In this document: positions 32,626 to 32,646 of the stretch, piece after piece | How positions within the stretch are numbered: position 1 is the stretch's first letter | Layout of the letters: each line of letters begins with the position of its first letter | Origin: Lenisia limosa | Taxonomy: Eukaryota > Protista > Breviatea | DNA: 32,646 bases | NCBI GenBank assembly: GCA_001655205.1 | Contig: LPNZ01009416.1 | Span: forward strand, 1-32,646 | Direction of reading: 5' to 3' | Translations under genes and position numbers: made by a program | Notes under the pieces: model-generated | Databases searched by the model: none | Told to the model about the DNA's origin: nothing | The model's input: only the letters and a program-made list of their open reading frames with translations

Positions 32626-32646
32626 GGGCTCACTTCTACCCCCCCC

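Overview
This is intron-dense eukaryotic nuclear DNA from a draft assembly with about 20 N-gaps, many flanked by poly-G/poly-C runs. The six-frame ORF track is mostly uninformative because real exons are about 10-280 bp. Splicing by hand gives five tightly packed genes: (1) a RalGAP beta-subunit-like gene (- strand, start 2957, runs off the left edge); (2) RPAP3 (+, 3310-10373; TPR triad plus RPAP3_C); (3) dynactin p150Glued/DCTN1 (-, 23406 to about 10553; CAP-Gly plus coiled coils); (4) Ku70/XRCC6 (+, 23668-28192); (5) a PSTPIP/Cdc15-type F-BAR gene (+, from 28538, probably continuing off the right edge with an unrecognised C-terminal region). RalGAPB/RPAP3 and DCTN1/Ku70 are head-to-head pairs. 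No autonomous transposon, rRNA, tRNA or CRISPR array is visible. The unusual signal lies in the introns. Short tandem duplications repeatedly sit on splice sites; in the clearest case a five-fold branch-point/acceptor/exon-start array in Ku70 has four upstream acceptors that lead to a stop codon. There is also a ~100-bp palindromic MITE family (5 copies), a second ~130-bp dispersed repeat (4 copies), a homologous block at the 3' end of at least four introns, and G-runs after relaxed 5' splice sites. Gene content and intron density would fit a unicellular opisthokont/holozoan, but this is inference only. All family assignments come from recalled sequence motifs, not database searches.
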